Shown here in pieces: positions 62,046-64,000 of a DNA stretch of 64,000 nt (positions within the stretch are counted from its first letter, which is position 1; the number at the start of each line of letters is the position of its first letter). The stretch is from Fistulifera solaris (lineage: Eukaryota): contig AP026126.1 in NCBI GenBank assembly GCA_030295235.1, positions 2,046,001 to 2,110,000 on the forward strand. Reading direction: 5' to 3'. The notes under the pieces were generated by a model. It made no database searches. It saw nothing but the letters and a program-made list of their open reading frames with translations, and was not told the DNA's origin. Made by a program: the position numbers and the translations under genes.

Positions 62046-62582
62046 CGGCGACTCTAGTTTTTATAGCTGTGTTATAAAGGAGATTTCAAACTATCTAATT
62101 GGTAATGAATTATCCCGTAATTCTTTATCCACGGCGTGCGAATGTTTGATTTGAAACCCGGCTTTCAGAAACGTGGCGACTCGGCAAGACACTTGATCGG
62201 AAAGCCAAGCAATGAGCAGCGCGCATAGAACACCATCCTCGAGTTGCTTTTTTTCCTTGAATGGTGATGTGCGTGCGGTATTTGTTACTCCGTACCTGGT
62301 ATCATCGTAAGACTTCGAAGCTGATTTCGTGTGTTTCGAACAACTTCATTCTTCTTCCTACGCCCTTTTCCCTTTTTGTCGCAAAAGCGAAGAACGACGA
62401 AAGTCTATGACATATGACGTCAGTCAGAAGCCGAAATAATAGCCCATACCTGGTACCGGTACCGGTACGTATGCGACAAGTGTACTGGTACAGGAAAACA
62501 CCTCGGAAACACTCGCGACTCACGGTTCATGACTCATGACCTCATGACCCCCGACGACTCCGCCTCCGCACTCCGAAAACAG

Positions 62583-62647
62583 CGTTAAAATTCTGCCTCA
62601 TCGTTGACGTTACGTAGAATCCTGTACTGAGAGGCAGAATTTTAACG
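62583..62647. mobile_element. 65 bp MITE-like hairpin element, copy 2 (opposite orientation)
   Basis: Same 17 bp inverted repeats; the loop is the reverse complement of copy 1 with about 4 substitutions. Confidence 0.6.
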
Positions 62648-62822
62648 TCCTTCCCCAACGCATTCGATCGTCTTTTTTTCTCGTGTCTCGTGTGACATGC
62701 GATGAAACTCCTTTGTCATCGACTCGAACGCTTCGACTAACTTCATTACCAGTATCTGGTTCGAAACGTATTGAATATAATCGATATTTGATTAGTTAAA
62801 AGCATTTGATGCAACCTTTTCC

Positions 62823-63761
62823 ATGTTCGATCAATGGAGATCAAAATTGAAAGAAGCCGCACTAAAGGCAGCCGAACAACTAAATTTCGATGAAATGGCT
62901 CGCAATGACGAATACATACATAAAGAAGGTTTGAATGTCGTGCAAAAGGGAGAAAAGAAAAAAGCCACACCGGTTCCATCTCAAGAGATCGATCACTCCT
63001 CGTCATTGACATATTTTGAAGGACACGCTCAACAGAGTCTACTGAAGTTAACGAACGTATTGCCCTCGTCGCCGCATTCACTTGCTTCTTCGACACGTTC
63101 GGTAACTTCGATGCGACAGCACAGTTCTCTGAGATCCTCAGCTTATTCAGATTCGGATGAAGAAGCCCCTCACCGCGCTAGAAACGACGATTCTAGTGAA
63201 GACGAAAGCGAAAACGTTGTGCGAAAGAACAAATTACGATTCTTGGAAGATTTAGATCATCGCTTATCAAAACCGAATCAAGAACTGATATTGATGCCAC
63301 AATACACGGAAACGAATACGGCTACATCATCATCGGTATCGGAGTCTGTATCAACGGGATCGGCACTATGGTCATCACCTCAAAGGAATAGCAACAAGAA
63401 ACAGCCACTTTGGGCAAAACCAGCTCGTTCACAACTGCAGAATAAGCCAGATAAGGACGTGGAACCCTTAATTGTTACGACTACGACTTCCAGTGCTGTC
63501 TTGGATGACAGTGAAATGCAAGCATTGGCAGCATTGCAACAACAATCCTCTGCATCTTCTACAGAGTCGCTCATCTTTCTTTTCATGCCTCCTGTTTTAA
63601 TAACTTGGTGCTCGGGGATCGTACCTTCGTTACGACAATATCCGATGATCACTGGCCTGGTGTTTCTGATTTTTCTGTTCTATGTGCTCCGCGCCTACAG
63701 TCGATTGGCGGTTCCACTACTACTTGTACAAGGCGGATCGTCTTCTGCACTAATTCCATGA
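62823..63761 (+). CDS. Ser-rich hypothetical protein with C-terminal membrane segment(s)
   Basis: 312 aa ATG-initiated ORF with hydrophobic MITGLVFLIFLFYVL near the C-terminus. Confidence 0.6.
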   Translation: MFDQWRSKLKEAALKAAEQLNFDEMARNDEYIHKEGLNVVQKGEKKKATPVPSQEIDHSSSLTYFEGHAQQSLLKLTNVLPSSPHSLASSTRSVTSMRQHSSLRSSAYSDSDEEAPHRARNDDSSEDESENVVRKNKLRFLEDLDHRLSKPNQELILMPQYTETNTATSSSVSESVSTGSALWSSPQRNSNKKQPLWAKPARSQLQNKPDKDVEPLIVTTTTSSAVLDDSEMQALAALQQQSSASSTESLIFLFMPPVLITWCSGIVPSLRQYPMITGLVFLIFLFYVLRAYSRLAVPLLLVQGGSSSALIP

Positions 63762-64000
63762 CGTTTATAAACTAGCAGACGAGTCCTACAAAATTGGCCC
63801 ATATGAATACAGCGTCTACTTTATGCAATTTACGGCGATTCGGTAGTCCAATCGAGAAACAGCCGTGACAATCCTACGTAGAGGAGCACGTGGCGCGCAA
63901 CATACAATGCAAGTGTCGTCCCGGAGAGACTATTTGTCCAAACGTCGATCCAGTCCATCGCTCCAATCGACAAATAGGTTGTCGAGGCGACAATTCCCGC

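Overview
Gene-dense eukaryotic nuclear DNA, most likely from a diatom (inference, possibly a pennate). Evidence: short GT-AG introns, bipartite plastid-targeting presequences with an ASAF-type motif, RXL pro-peptide motifs and a GDPH/VWD-type secreted protein. About 30 protein-coding genes are present, including BBOX/TauD, adenosine deaminase, an ABCB half-transporter, TTC38-like, APC2, a multi-KH protein, TAD3-like, PNO1, two PhoX-like phosphatases, ECI1-like and a plastid acyl carrier protein. Many genes are broken by single-base indels in homopolymer runs, probably long-read consensus errors. The most notable observations are: (1) a secreted polyprotein of 17 Ser-rich peptides separated by RRNL spacers, resembling silacidin precursors, with a 7-unit higher-order repeat; (2) a candidate box C/D snoRNA in the PNO1 intron with complementarity to 5.8S rRNA; (3) two further secreted cell-wall or adhesion candidates; (4) an inverted ankyrin gene pair sharing a ~370 bp identical core; (5) a 65 bp hairpin MITE-like element in two copies; (6) a recurrent intergenic palindrome, TACCWGGTA. 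All product calls come from motif recognition by eye; no database searches were run.
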